Assembly: GCA_031409275.1 (NCBI GenBank)
Contig: JANNXA010000051.1
Span: 96,001-160,000 of the forward strand
Length of the DNA: 64,000 nt
Direction of reading: 5' to 3'
Origin: Planctomycetota bacterium
GTDB lineage: Bacteria; Planctomycetota; B15-G4; SIAN01
Shown here: positions 52,689 through 62,699 of the stretch, piece after piece
How positions within the stretch are numbered: the stretch's first letter is position 1
Layout: each line of letters begins with the position of its first letter
Translations under genes and position numbers: made by a program
The notes under the pieces: generated by a model
Told to the model about the DNA's origin: nothing
What the model saw: only the letters and a program-made list of their open reading frames with translations
The model's database searches: none

Positions 52689-53636
52689 TCAGAGCAACGG
52701 TTCCGGGAGCGCGTCGCCGTCGCCGGGTGGAACGTCGATCGCCTCGGGGTCGCCGCGGACGCTCCAGCGCCCCTCCGGCTTGCCGCGACGCACGGCGATC
52801 ATCTCGGCGACGATCGAAACGGCGATCTCATCCGCCGTCCGCGCTCCGAGTCGAAGGCCGACCGGCGTGCGAATGCGTTTGAGCCAACCACGATCGACCC
52901 CCGCCTCGACCAGCTTGTCGAAGGTCAACCGTGCCTTAGTACCACTGCCGATCATCCCCAGGTAACGCGGGGCGACCCGCCGGCGCCAAAGTTCCTCGAG
53001 AATGACACGGTCGTCGGCGTGCGACCGGGTCATCACCAGGACGTAGCTCGCGGCATCGATCGGAAGGCTCCGCGCCGCGGCGTCGGGGTAATCGACCTGC
53101 GCCATCGCCGCCATCGGGAAGCGGGCGGTGGAGGCGTAGTCGGGGCGATCGTCAGTCACGACGATGCGAAAGCCGACGCGGGCGGCGAGCCCCGCCACTG
53201 CCCGGCTCACGTGACCGCCGCCGAACAGGACGAGCGATGGAGCGGTGATCGGCTCGAGGTAGACCTCGACGTGCCCGCCGCAGATCAGCGCGCCGTCCGG
53301 GGCGTCTTCGGCCGTCAGCTCCATCGCGACGCGTCGCGGCCGCTCTTCCTCGATGACGCGTTGCGCCTGGCGCTTGACCTCCTCTTCGAGGCAGCCGCCG
53401 CCCACCGACCCGAGCGTGCTGCCGTCGGCGCGCACCAGGATCTTCATCGGTTCGCGCGCCGGCGCGGAACCGCGAACCGCGATCACCGTCGCGAGCGCCG
53501 CCGCCGTCCCCTCTTCGCGGCAGCGCACGATCTCGCGGAAGAGCCGATCTTCGATGCTGTGGGAAGCTCCCGGCGGGAGTTCCACTTCATCGAGCGGGTG
53601 GACGCGGACGCGTGACGAGTCAGCGGGCGAGGCCAT
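52689..53636 (-). CDS. XdhC/CoxI family molybdoenzyme maturation factor
   Basis: GSAP, GSVGGGCLE, LICGG, FGGGHV, DDRP, YLGMIGS, PVGLRLGA..EIAVSIVAE. Confidence 0.92.
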   Translation of the reverse strand: MASPADSSRVRVHPLDEVELPPGASHSIEDRLFREIVRCREEGTAAALATVIAVRGSAPAREPMKILVRADGSTLGSVGGGCLEEEVKRQAQRVIEEERPRRVAMELTAEDAPDGALICGGHVEVYLEPITAPSLVLFGGGHVSRAVAGLAARVGFRIVVTDDRPDYASTARFPMAAMAQVDYPDAAARSLPIDAASYVLVMTRSHADDRVILEELWRRRVAPRYLGMIGSGTKARLTFDKLVEAGVDRGWLKRIRTPVGLRLGARTADEIAVSIVAEMIAVRRGKPEGRWSVRGDPEAIDVPPGDGDALPEPLL

Positions 53637-53711
53637 GGCGCCGGAGCTTACGCGGCGCGCGGGCGGTGCCGTCCCCGACGCACCGGCGCGCGGCGATTCC
53701 ACGCGTCCTCC

Positions 53712-53760
53712 ACAACCAACCAATTTGGATGGTTGACAACCAACCATTCGACGCCAACAT
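53712..53760 (+). promoter_or_regulatory. MocR/PdxR-type operator overlapping a sigma70-like promoter
   Basis: ACAACCAACCA direct repeats at 53712-53722 and 53736-53746, inverted copy TTGGATGGTTG at 53725-53735, TTGACA at 53733-53738. Confidence 0.7.
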
Positions 53761-53768
53761 CCCGCACC

Positions 53769-55247
53769 ATGTACTTGCCGGTCGATCGCACCAGCTCCAC
53801 GCCTTTGCGCAGCCAGATCGTGGCAGCGATCCGCGCGCGCATCGAGTCGGGCGAGTGGCACGCCGGCACTCGCTTGCTTTCGAGCCGTGAACTCGCCGAC
53901 CGGCTCGGCGTCAATCGCACGACGGTCGTGCAGAGCTACGGCGACCTCAGCGCCGAGGGGCTGCTCGAGTCAGGCGTCGGTCGCGGCACCTTCGTGCGCG
54001 CCACCGCGGCGGAAGCTTCCGTCGCCGCACTCGCTCCCGACGGCCCGATCGCATGGGACGCACGTCTCTCGCCGAATCGCCCGCTGCCGCGACTGCCGGC
54101 CGCCAGCGACGACACGGCACCGCGCGTCGCGCTGGCACGCGCCGTCGGCCACCCAGCGCTCTATCCCGTCGACCGGATCAAGACGGCCCTCGACCGCGTC
54201 TTCGCTCAGCGCGGCCGCGAACTGCTCGCCTACCCCTCCCCGGCCGGCTACGCGCCGTTGCGCGACGTGTTGCGCCGGCGGCTCGCGCGTCACGGCGTCG
54301 ACGTGCAGCGCAACGAACTCGTCATCGTGAACGGCTCGCAGCAGGGGCTCGACCTCATCACGCGCCTGCTCCTCGCGGATGGCGGGACGGTGCTGACCGC
54401 GCAGCCGACTTTCTCGGGTGCGCTCGACCTGTTCCGGTGGCATCGAGCGCAACTCGTCGGCGTTCCAGCCGACGCCACCGGCTTCGACCTCGCCGTGCTC
54501 GACCGCACCTTGGCAACGGTGCGCCCCCGCTTCTGCTACGTGATCCCCGACCGCGCGAACCCGACCGGCCTTTCGCTGCCAGCGCCCGCACGAGCGGCGC
54601 TGCTCGAACGGCTGCAAGCGGCTCGCATTCCGGTCGTCGAGGACGATTGGCTCGCCGAGCTGCGTCGCGACGACGAACCGCCGCCGCTCAAGGCGCAGGA
54701 CCGCCTCGATCAGATCCTCTACCTCGGCACCTTCTCGAAGGTGCTCGCGCCGGGGCTGCGACTGGGGTGGCTGTTGGTGCCGCGCGCGTTGTTCGAGCCG
54801 CTGTTGGCGCTGAAGAAGATCAGCGATCTCGCCACCAACTTCCCGGCGCAGGCGGTGCTCCACGAACTGCTCGAAAGCGGCTTCATCGACGACCACGCGC
54901 GCGACCTGCGCCTCCAGTTCGAGCGGCGCCGCGATGCCGTCGACGCCGCGATCGACCGCCACTTCCCGCGCGACGTTCGGCCGCTGCGCCCCCATTCCGG
55001 CATGGTCTGCTGGATCGAGCTTCCGCGCGGCGGTGACGTCGCGCGCCTCGTCGAGGAAGCGCGGCGCGAAGGGATCGACATCTCGCCCGGCTCGCCGTTC
55101 GATCCCAATGGTCGTCCGCTCTCCGCGTTCCGGCTCTCCTACTCGGCCGCCAGCGAAGCGGAGCTCGAGCCGGCGATCGCGCGACTCGGCGGCCTCCTCC
55201 ATCGTCAACTCACCAGCGGCAGCCATGCGGCGCCGCCTCTCGTCTGA
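53769..55247 (+). CDS. MocR/GntR family PLP-dependent regulator (PdxR-like)
   Basis: GntR HTH SSRELADRLGVNRTTV...GRGTFV; aminotransferase domain NGSQQGL, NPTG, VEDD, GTFSK..APGLRLG; upstream of pdxST. Confidence 0.9.
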   Translation: MYLPVDRTSSTPLRSQIVAAIRARIESGEWHAGTRLLSSRELADRLGVNRTTVVQSYGDLSAEGLLESGVGRGTFVRATAAEASVAALAPDGPIAWDARLSPNRPLPRLPAASDDTAPRVALARAVGHPALYPVDRIKTALDRVFAQRGRELLAYPSPAGYAPLRDVLRRRLARHGVDVQRNELVIVNGSQQGLDLITRLLLADGGTVLTAQPTFSGALDLFRWHRAQLVGVPADATGFDLAVLDRTLATVRPRFCYVIPDRANPTGLSLPAPARAALLERLQAARIPVVEDDWLAELRRDDEPPPLKAQDRLDQILYLGTFSKVLAPGLRLGWLLVPRALFEPLLALKKISDLATNFPAQAVLHELLESGFIDDHARDLRLQFERRRDAVDAAIDRHFPRDVRPLRPHSGMVCWIELPRGGDVARLVEEARREGIDISPGSPFDPNGRPLSAFRLSYSAASEAELEPAIARLGGLLHRQLTSGSHAAPPLV

Positions 55248-55283
55248 AACTTCCCATCGCTCGCCCGTAACCGAGGAACTTCG

Positions 55284-56207
55284 ATGCAGCGCACGAATGG
55301 CCCGTCCGAGTCCGCGTCCGCCTCTCTCCCGCTCGGCCTCGACGAGGTCAAGATCGGCCTGGCGCGCATGCTGAAGGGCGGCGTGATCATGGACGTCACG
55401 GACGTCGAGCAGGCGAAGATCGCCGAGGATGCGGGCGCTTGCGCCGTGATGGCGCTCGAGCGCGTCCCATCCGACATCCGCAAGGAAGGCGGCGTCGCGC
55501 GCATGGCGGCGATCGAGATCATCGCGCGCATCCAGGAAGCGGTGACCATCCCGGTGATGGCGAAGGCGCGCATCGGCCACTTCATCGAAGCACGCGTGCT
55601 CGAGCACCTTGGCGTCGACTTCATCGACGAGAGCGAAGTGCTGACGCCCGCCGATCCCGAGAACCACATCGACAAGCGCGCCTTCAAGGTGCCGTTCGTG
55701 TGCGGAGCGACCTGCCTCGACGAGGCGCTGCGCCGGGTCGGCGAAGGCGCCGCCATGCTGCGCACCAAGGGCGAAGCGGGCACCGGCAACATCATCGAAG
55801 CGGTCCGCCACCTGCGCCTGATCCAGAAGCAGATCCGCGAGCTGTCCGTCACTCCGACGGCGGAGCTGATGAGCCGCGCCAAGGAGCTGCGCGCGCCGTT
55901 CCACCTCGTCGAGTACGTCGCCAAGCACGGCGCGCTGCCCGTTCCGAACTTCGCGGCTGGCGGCGTCGCGACGCCCGCCGACGCGGCGCTGGTGATGGCG
56001 CTCGGTGCGGAGGCGGTCTTCGTCGGCTCCGGCATCTTCAAGTCGGAGGCGCCGGCCAAGACGGCGGCCGCGATCGTCAAGGCGACCGCGCAATGGAACG
56101 ATCCGGCCGTGATCGCGGAGGCGTGCCGCGGCACCGGCACCGCAATGCGCGGCCTGTCGATGGAGTCGATCCCGGAGTCGGAACGTCTCGCCAAGCGTGG
56201 CTGGTGA
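55284..56207 (+). CDS. pdxS: Pyridoxal 5'-phosphate synthase lyase subunit
   Basis: [59 protein letters not shown]. Confidence 0.98.
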   Translation: MQRTNGPSESASASLPLGLDEVKIGLARMLKGGVIMDVTDVEQAKIAEDAGACAVMALERVPSDIRKEGGVARMAAIEIIARIQEAVTIPVMAKARIGHFIEARVLEHLGVDFIDESEVLTPADPENHIDKRAFKVPFVCGATCLDEALRRVGEGAAMLRTKGEAGTGNIIEAVRHLRLIQKQIRELSVTPTAELMSRAKELRAPFHLVEYVAKHGALPVPNFAAGGVATPADAALVMALGAEAVFVGSGIFKSEAPAKTAAAIVKATAQWNDPAVIAEACRGTGTAMRGLSMESIPESERLAKRGW

Positions 56208-56220
56208 GCGGAGCCGCTTC

Positions 56221-56829
56221 GTGAACGCCGACAGCGCCGGCGTGCTCTGCCTGCAAGGGTCGAGCGAGCCGCATCTCGCCCGTCTGCGCGACCTCGGGTT
56301 CGCGCCGCGCGAGGTGCGGCAGTGCAAGGACCTCGACGGGCTCACCCACCTGATCCTGCCCGGCGGCGAGTCGACCACGATTCGCCACCTGCTCGACCTG
56401 TTCGGCTTGACCCGCGAACTGATCGAGCGCCACCGCGACGGCCGTCTCTGCCTGTTCGGCACCTGCGCCGGCGCGATCCTGCTCGGACAGGAGGATGGCA
56501 CGCGGCCGCCGCGGCTTGGCCTGCTCGACGTCGCCGTGACCCGCAACGCCTACGGTCGGCAGGTCGACTCCTTCAGCACCGAGCTCGCGCTGATGCTGGA
56601 GGAGATCGACGATCACTCCCCGTTCCACGGCGTCTTCATCCGCGCTCCACGCTTCGCACGGATCGGACCGACGGTGAGGGTGTTGGCGAGGAGGGACGAG
56701 GAGGCGGTGCTGGTCGAGGCGCCGGGGCTGCTCGCCGCGACGTTCCACCCCGAATTGACGCGCGACCTGAGAGTCCATCGCCATTTCGTCGAGATGGTTC
56801 CCGTGAAGGCGCGCGCGAGGGCGATGTAA
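56221..56829 (+). CDS. pdxT: Pyridoxal 5'-phosphate synthase glutaminase subunit
   Basis: GVLCLQG, PGGEST, GTCAG, RNAYGRQVDSF, FIRAP, FHPEL. Alternative GTG start at 56197. Confidence 0.96.
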   Translation: MNADSAGVLCLQGSSEPHLARLRDLGFAPREVRQCKDLDGLTHLILPGGESTTIRHLLDLFGLTRELIERHRDGRLCLFGTCAGAILLGQEDGTRPPRLGLLDVAVTRNAYGRQVDSFSTELALMLEEIDDHSPFHGVFIRAPRFARIGPTVRVLARRDEEAVLVEAPGLLAATFHPELTRDLRVHRHFVEMVPVKARARAM

Positions 56830-56886
56830 CCGGCCATCCAACGGCGGCATCAGGTGCGTACTTTGGATCGCCCTTCGGAGTCCTTG

Positions 56887-57744
56887 ATGGCCACGCCGCT
56901 CCCCTCGCTCGCGCTGATGCTCCTCGCCCACTGCGCACCCACCGACCCGTCGCAGGCGGCGCCGCCCGCAGCGCCGGCGTCACCCGTCGCGCCGGTCCCG
57001 ACGTCCGCCGCGTTCGACCACTCCGAACTCGATGCGCTGCTGAAGAAACATGGCCGTGGCGATCGCATCGACTACGCCGCTCTGAAGACCGATCGCACCG
57101 CGCTCGATGGCTACCTCGACCGCATCGCCAAGTTGCCCGCTGACGCCGTCGCCAAGATGGAGCGCGCCGAGCAGATGGCGTTCTGGATCAACGCCTACAA
57201 CGCCTGGACGCTGCGCACGATCGTCGATGCCTATCCGATCGCTGGTTCCGGCCTGTCGGGCCTGCGTTTCCCGAAGAACTCGATTCGACAGCTGAGCGAC
57301 CCGTGGGGCACGAAGCACCCGATCGCCGGCGCGCAGCGCTCGCTCGACGACCTCGAGCACAAGATCCTGCGCGCGCAATTCAAGGACCCGCGCATCCACT
57401 CGGCGGTCAACTGCGCGAGCGTCGGCTGCCCACCGCTGCGCCTCGAAGCCTTCGCTGCCGCCACGCTCGAAGCGCAACTCGATGACCAGATGCGGAAGTT
57501 CCTGGCCGACCCGAAGCGCAACCTCGTGGACCCCGCGAAGAAGAAGATCGAGCTCTCGTCGATCTTCGACTGGTTCGGCGAGGACTTCGGCACCAAGGCG
57601 ACGGGCGCCGCCGGCGAACGCGCGTTGCTCGCGTGGATCGAGAAGTACGGCAAGCCGGAGTGGAAGGAGTTCCTCTCGAAGTTCGATCCCGACGACGTCG
57701 ACTTCCTCGACTACGACTGGGCGTTGAACGATGTGGTGCAGTGA
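56887..57744 (+). CDS. DUF547 domain protein
   Basis: AFWINAYNA, SLDDLEH.ILR, DPRIH.AVNCASVGCP, LSSIFDWFGEDF, YDWALN. Confidence 0.92.
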   Translation: MATPLPSLALMLLAHCAPTDPSQAAPPAAPASPVAPVPTSAAFDHSELDALLKKHGRGDRIDYAALKTDRTALDGYLDRIAKLPADAVAKMERAEQMAFWINAYNAWTLRTIVDAYPIAGSGLSGLRFPKNSIRQLSDPWGTKHPIAGAQRSLDDLEHKILRAQFKDPRIHSAVNCASVGCPPLRLEAFAAATLEAQLDDQMRKFLADPKRNLVDPAKKKIELSSIFDWFGEDFGTKATGAAGERALLAWIEKYGKPEWKEFLSKFDPDDVDFLDYDWALNDVVQ

Positions 57745-57826
57745 GGGGACGGCGCGCACGCTGAACAAACCAACGTCTCGGCGGCCTCTTTTGCGTTGGT
57801 GAGTGCAACCAAGCGGGAGAGGCCCA

Positions 57827-60733
57827 ATGAATCGCGCGACCGTCGATCCCGATCTGCTCCGAACCCACGCGCCCTTCCTGCGCTCGCTCGCGCGCGCGCT
57901 CCGCGATGACATCTCGGAAGCCGAAGACCTCGCGCAGGAGACGATGCGACGCGCCCTTGAGCGCTCACCGAGGGAGTCGGCCACCGGAGCCGTACGCGGA
58001 TGGCTCGCGCGAGTCATGAGGAGCGTGCGGCGCGAGGCGAGTCGCGCCTCTCAACGTCGGCGGGCGCGGGAGCAGAAGGTCGCGCCACCCGAGGCGAGCG
58101 ACTCCCACGATCCCGCGCGAATCGTCGAGCGCCTCGAGCTCGTGGGGCACCTGGCGAGAGCCGTCGCCGAACTGCCCGAACCGTATCGCGGCACGATCAT
58201 CGCGCACCACCTCGACGAACTCTCGCCGGCTGCGATCGCGAGGCGCAGCTCCATTCCCCTCGCGACGGTGCATACCCGGCTTCGGCGTGGCCGCGAGTTG
58301 CTCCGAAAGAGGCTCTGCCCGCGCGATGACTCCGACGCGCGCGTGGCATGGATGGCGGGACTCGACCTGCTGACCCACCAGGGCGGCACCGTGCTGCCGG
58401 CATGGATCTCCCTCCGGATCGCCGCGGCGCTGCTCGTCTGCCTCACCACCGGCATCGGCGGATGGTGGTGGCTCACGGACGGGGAGTCGCACCGCTTCGC
58501 CAGCAGCCGCGCGAGCCGATCAACGGAGCCGATGATTGCAGCAGCAGCCACGACTCCACCTCACGATCCCGTTCCCGCTCGTGAACCTGCCCCATCCGCG
58601 AGTGACTGGACGATTACCGAGGACCGACCATGCGTCGCGGCGCAGGTCGTCCTGGCCGAGAGGGGCGAGCCGGCCGTGGGTGCGACCGTGAGCTTCCGCG
58701 AGATCGGCGCCACCCCGCTCGCTAGGGAGCAGTTCACCGTCCGGCTCTACTCCCGCATCCACGACTGGTGGTTCGAGGATGACGATCAACGGCAGCGCGA
58801 CGTCGAGGCGTTCCTCGCCGATGCCGGCGGGCCGCTTCGCAAAGTCGGGACGACCGATGGAGAAGGAGTCGTTGTCCTGCCGCCGTTCGAGGACGCGATC
58901 GTCTTGGCCACGCTCGGAGAGCGGCGGCTGATCCGGCGCCTCTCCAGCACCGACGCTCGCCCCATCCGCCTTGCGCTCGAACTCCCTGCCGCGCTGACGA
59001 TCCGGGTCGTCGATCGGCACGGCGAGCCGGCCCCGAGGACCTCCGTCGCGATGGAAGCCGACAACGGCCGCAACCGCGAACTCCTCTGGCGCAGCCACAC
59101 TGGACTCGATGGTTGCGTCGTCGTTCCGCCCCGCCATTTCGAGCGCTTCCGAGAGGAATACGCGAGTTCACTCTGGGCCGTGACGTTGGGCCTAGCGGCG
59201 ACAGGCTCGCCAACGGTGACGATCGATCCGGCAGAGCTGCCGACGACGCCGGTGGAGCTGATGCTGCCCGCCTGCGGAAGAGTGCGAGTCGAGCTACGCG
59301 ATGCGGACGACCGGCGAATCACGTCGCCCGCCCTGGTCGGACTCGCGCGCGCCGACCCTGAGCGTCCCGTGAACCAGTCAGACATCGGCATGGCGTGGCG
59401 CCTCACCAGCGATGGGTTCGCGGAGTTCGAAGAGGTGCCGCTCGGCCTCCCACTGATCGCCTGCCCGGTGGATCGTCGGCATTCGAGCGCGCCGCTCGAG
59501 TTCTCCGGACCAACTCGCGAAGGAGAGACTGCGCAAATCGTGATGAAGTTCGGCCCGCGGCTCCCGATGCTTCGCGGGCGCATCGTGCAAGCGGACGGTT
59601 CACCGATGGGAGACTGGAGCTTCCGATCGCGCTGGTCGATCGCATCGGCTCCTCACCTCGGGCGTGTCGTGACGGATCGCGAGGGCCGCTTCGAGCTCTC
59701 ACTCGCGCGGTACGACTTCGAGACCGACGAGCCTCATGGGACTCCAGTCGACGTCGGCTGGTTGACGCTGCGCCCCTTCGAGCCCGACCTGCTCGACCCC
59801 GCGCTCTTGGAAGCGGCGATCGTGCTGCGACTCGAGTCGCACCTGCTCGAACCAGGCGATCACGATCTCGGCGACCTGCGCTGCGCCGACTCGCAGGTGG
59901 TCGCTGCGGGGCGCATTGTCGATTCCGCCGGCGAGCCAGTGCGCGGCGTCGACCTCGCCGTCCTGGCGAACACCGAGCGCGGCTGGCGCAAGGTCTCCGG
60001 ACTCGAGTCGAGGAGTTCGGACGAGGGGGCCTTCACGATCGTCGGCTGGACAGCGCTCACACCGCTGCAGTGCGCGGTCGAGTCGTCCGGTTGGCGCAGC
60101 GCCAGCCCGATCGCATTCACGCCGGGCATGCGCGACCTCGTCGTGGTGGTCGATCCGACCGCCAGCCTGCGCGGCCACGTGCTGCTCGACCCGGACATCC
60201 CCGTCGATCAGATCGCCCTGCGACCGTCGGAGTCGCTGCAACCGCTCGGCGACGTGCGCGAACTGGTTCGGCGCGGCACCCCGCCCGTCACGCTGAGAGA
60301 GGACGGAAGCTGGTGCATCGCGCTGCTCAGCGCGGGCCGCGGAACACTCGAAATCGGGCTCGGCAACGGCGTCGTCGGCCACTTCGCGATCGAGCCGATG
60401 GTGACCATCGAGGGCGTCGCCAACGAGAAGGAGGGCGAGCAAGATCCCCGCCTCGCCGCGATCGACCTGCGTGGACGGCTGCGCGTGATCCCGATCGAGG
60501 TTCGCGATCGCGACGGAGCGCCGCTACCGGGCGCGCGAATCGAGGCGCGCTCCGTGACTGGCGACGGAGCGCTCGGGCCGCGTCGGAGGTTCATCACCGA
60601 TGGCCGCGGCGACGCGAAGCTGCTGGCGGCAGCGGCGCGCTACACCTTGCTCGTAAGCAAGGACGGCTTCGCGGAGCGCGCGCTGGCCGATGTCGGTAGC
60701 GACTGCACGATCGAACTCGATCGTCAGCGTTGA
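57827..60733 (+). CDS. ECF sigma factor fused to a TM helix and carboxypeptidase-regulatory-like beta-sandwich domains
   Basis: AEDLAQET, GWLARV (region 2); LPEPYR...IPLATVHTRLRRGRELLR (region 4); TM helix; repeated G.VVD..G.P...TD..G.F modules. Confidence 0.85.
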   Translation: MNRATVDPDLLRTHAPFLRSLARALRDDISEAEDLAQETMRRALERSPRESATGAVRGWLARVMRSVRREASRASQRRRAREQKVAPPEASDSHDPARIVERLELVGHLARAVAELPEPYRGTIIAHHLDELSPAAIARRSSIPLATVHTRLRRGRELLRKRLCPRDDSDARVAWMAGLDLLTHQGGTVLPAWISLRIAAALLVCLTTGIGGWWWLTDGESHRFASSRASRSTEPMIAAAATTPPHDPVPAREPAPSASDWTITEDRPCVAAQVVLAERGEPAVGATVSFREIGATPLAREQFTVRLYSRIHDWWFEDDDQRQRDVEAFLADAGGPLRKVGTTDGEGVVVLPPFEDAIVLATLGERRLIRRLSSTDARPIRLALELPAALTIRVVDRHGEPAPRTSVAMEADNGRNRELLWRSHTGLDGCVVVPPRHFERFREEYASSLWAVTLGLAATGSPTVTIDPAELPTTPVELMLPACGRVRVELRDADDRRITSPALVGLARADPERPVNQSDIGMAWRLTSDGFAEFEEVPLGLPLIACPVDRRHSSAPLEFSGPTREGETAQIVMKFGPRLPMLRGRIVQADGSPMGDWSFRSRWSIASAPHLGRVVTDREGRFELSLARYDFETDEPHGTPVDVGWLTLRPFEPDLLDPALLEAAIVLRLESHLLEPGDHDLGDLRCADSQVVAAGRIVDSAGEPVRGVDLAVLANTERGWRKVSGLESRSSDEGAFTIVGWTALTPLQCAVESSGWRSASPIAFTPGMRDLVVVVDPTASLRGHVLLDPDIPVDQIALRPSESLQPLGDVRELVRRGTPPVTLREDGSWCIALLSAGRGTLEIGLGNGVVGHFAIEPMVTIEGVANEKEGEQDPRLAAIDLRGRLRVIPIEVRDRDGAPLPGARIEARSVTGDGALGPRRRFITDGRGDAKLLAAAARYTLLVSKDGFAERALADVGSDCTIELDRQR

Positions 60734-60799
60734 ACCTCGCCACGAGTCGCGACGAGCCGCGCGCCGCAGACGAAGTCCGCGATCGAGCCGCAATCCCCC

Positions 60800-61507
60800 C
60801 TACTTCGTCGGCTTCCTCGCCATCAGTCGCACGACGTGGGTCGGCTCGCCGAGGTTCCAGTCGCTCTCGAAACGGCCGTCCTCGTAGGCCAGGACTCGCC
60901 AATCGGAAAACGTCTTCAGCAGCTGGCCCGGCTTGAAGAGCGTCTCCTTCGGCGGACCGCCGCCTTCGTGCTCGCTCCCCTGCCCCTCGATCACGATCAC
61001 GCCGCCCGGCTTGACTGACGCCTTCAGCTTCTCCGCGATCGAGAGCGCCGGGTTGAAGTAGATCAAGCTCAGCACGTCCCACTGCTCGACGCCGTAGTCG
61101 AACGCGTAGAGGTCCGCCTCGCGCGCATCGAGCGTCAGCTTTTTCTCGGCCGCGGCGGCGCGCGCCTTGTCGAGCCCGACCTTCGAAACGTCGATCCCCG
61201 TGGTCGCGAAGCCGCGCGCCGCGAGCAGCGACGCGTTGCGGCCGTCGCCGCAGGCGAGGTCGATCGCAGTGCCACCGGCGAGCCACTTCTCGTCCGCAAG
61301 CCGCTTCAGCGAGCGGGTGAGGAAATCGTTGGGCTCGGTCCGATAGCGCGGCTGTTTGGCGCCGAAGACCTTGTCCCAGCGCGCCGGTTCGCTGACGCCG
61401 CCGCCTTGCTGCGGGCGCCACGCGACCGCGCCGAGCGAGAGGCCGGCCAGCACCACGCTGGCGATGAGGAGCCCTGCACGACTCGTGAACGGAGCGCTTT
61501 TCCCCAT
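60800..61507 (-). CDS. Class I SAM-dependent methyltransferase with N-terminal hydrophobic segment
   Basis: AIDLACGDGRNA, GIDVS, KPGG. Confidence 0.88.
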   Translation of the reverse strand: MGKSAPFTSRAGLLIASVVLAGLSLGAVAWRPQQGGGVSEPARWDKVFGAKQPRYRTEPNDFLTRSLKRLADEKWLAGGTAIDLACGDGRNASLLAARGFATTGIDVSKVGLDKARAAAAEKKLTLDAREADLYAFDYGVEQWDVLSLIYFNPALSIAEKLKASVKPGGVIVIEGQGSEHEGGGPPKETLFKPGQLLKTFSDWRVLAYEDGRFESDWNLGEPTHVVRLMARKPTK

Positions 61508-61718
61508 CGGAGATCTCCTTCGTGCTGCAGTTCGAGAGCAGTCGTCAGCGAACGTCGCGTGCACCAGCGTAGCGCCGGAAAATCATGCGAGACGCCCTTC
61601 GCGCTCGACCTTTCGACGCGTCTCGATCCACCCGCGCGCCGATCAAGGCGACCGAAGGGGAGGGCGGTGCGGCGCTTCGACCGGCCTGCACCACGATGCA
61701 CCACCCAAGATCGACACC

Positions 61719-62612
61719 TTGATCCAAACCGCCGCCGCCCTCCTCTGCTTTTTCGTGGCGCCGCTTCGCAGCGACGAACCCGCTGCGATCGTCGATTCGG
61801 CGCCGGAGCCGTTGTCCACGCTCGCCGACGGACGGCGCCGCTGGCGCTACGCGGGCAAGCCGTTGTTCGGCGGCGATCGCTCGCTCCTCGCCACCGGGAT
61901 GCTGCCCCCGCATGGCAGCCCCGCGCCGTGGGTCGTCATCGCCAGCGATCCCAACGCTCCGCCGGCGCGCTACGAACGTTGGATCGAGGCGCTGTCGAGT
62001 CGAGGCTACGGCGCACTGCTGGTCGAGCGTCAGTCCGACGAGCCTTGGTGGCGTTATGCCGAGGCGACCGCGAACCTCATCCGACTGCTGCGCATCGACG
62101 CGACGACGCCAGGCCATGTCGCCTACGGAGAACTCGACGCGCCTTCCGTGGCCCTGCTCGCCGACGGGGTCGGAGCGGCCGCCGCGGTGCGCGCCGTCGC
62201 CGAGATCGACGGCATCGCGGGCGTGCTGCTCCTCGATCCAGAGGGACCGACGACGGCGCTACCCTGGCTTTCGAGAGTCGAAGCCCCGATTGCGACCGTC
62301 GCGAGCGGGCTCGCGCGCGAAGCGAGCGCGAGGAGCTGGCACGGAGCGGGTTGCGGAAGCGATGACGCACGCTGGTGGGTTGGCATCAAGAGCGAGGTCG
62401 GCATCGCGCGCGCAGACGGGCCACCGACGCCAGCGCTCGAACGCGACGTCCGCGAGTTGTGCACCGCGTTCATCGAGAGCGTGCTGCCACGCGGGTCGGA
62501 ACCGCGACGCGGCTTCACGACGACAGCGCGAAGCGGCGCGATCGACCGTACGGTCGAGTGCACCGCGACGAGCGCGCGCGTCGTTCTGAGCGATGATCCA
62601 GCGCGGGAGTGA
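61719..62612 (+). CDS. Secreted degenerate alpha/beta-hydrolase-fold-like protein
   Basis: Signal-like N-terminus from TTG; EALSSRGY, YGELDAPSVALLADGVGAAAA, GVLLLDP, P.ATVASG. Start uncertain. Confidence 0.5.
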   Translation: MIQTAAALLCFFVAPLRSDEPAAIVDSAPEPLSTLADGRRRWRYAGKPLFGGDRSLLATGMLPPHGSPAPWVVIASDPNAPPARYERWIEALSSRGYGALLVERQSDEPWWRYAEATANLIRLLRIDATTPGHVAYGELDAPSVALLADGVGAAAAVRAVAEIDGIAGVLLLDPEGPTTALPWLSRVEAPIATVASGLAREASARSWHGAGCGSDDARWWVGIKSEVGIARADGPPTPALERDVRELCTAFIESVLPRGSEPRRGFTTTARSGAIDRTVECTATSARVVLSDDPARE

Positions 62613-62699
62613 GCGGCTCCTGACCTTGGCGGAACGATCGCTCGCGCGCGTCGTAGCTCCTTCGTCGCCAACCCGGCGCGACGTCATGGAGCTGGTCGG

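Noticed and set aside
52689..53636. YqeB of a selenium-dependent molybdenum hydroxylase system
   Set aside because: Only XdhC domains are visible; no YqeB-specific domain, yqeC or selD in the window.
57745..57826. Autoregulatory ECF promoter or hairpin (ACCAACG...CGTTGGT) upstream of the ECF gene
   Set aside because: Only a 7-bp inverted repeat and a weak GAAC match; not distinguishable from chance.
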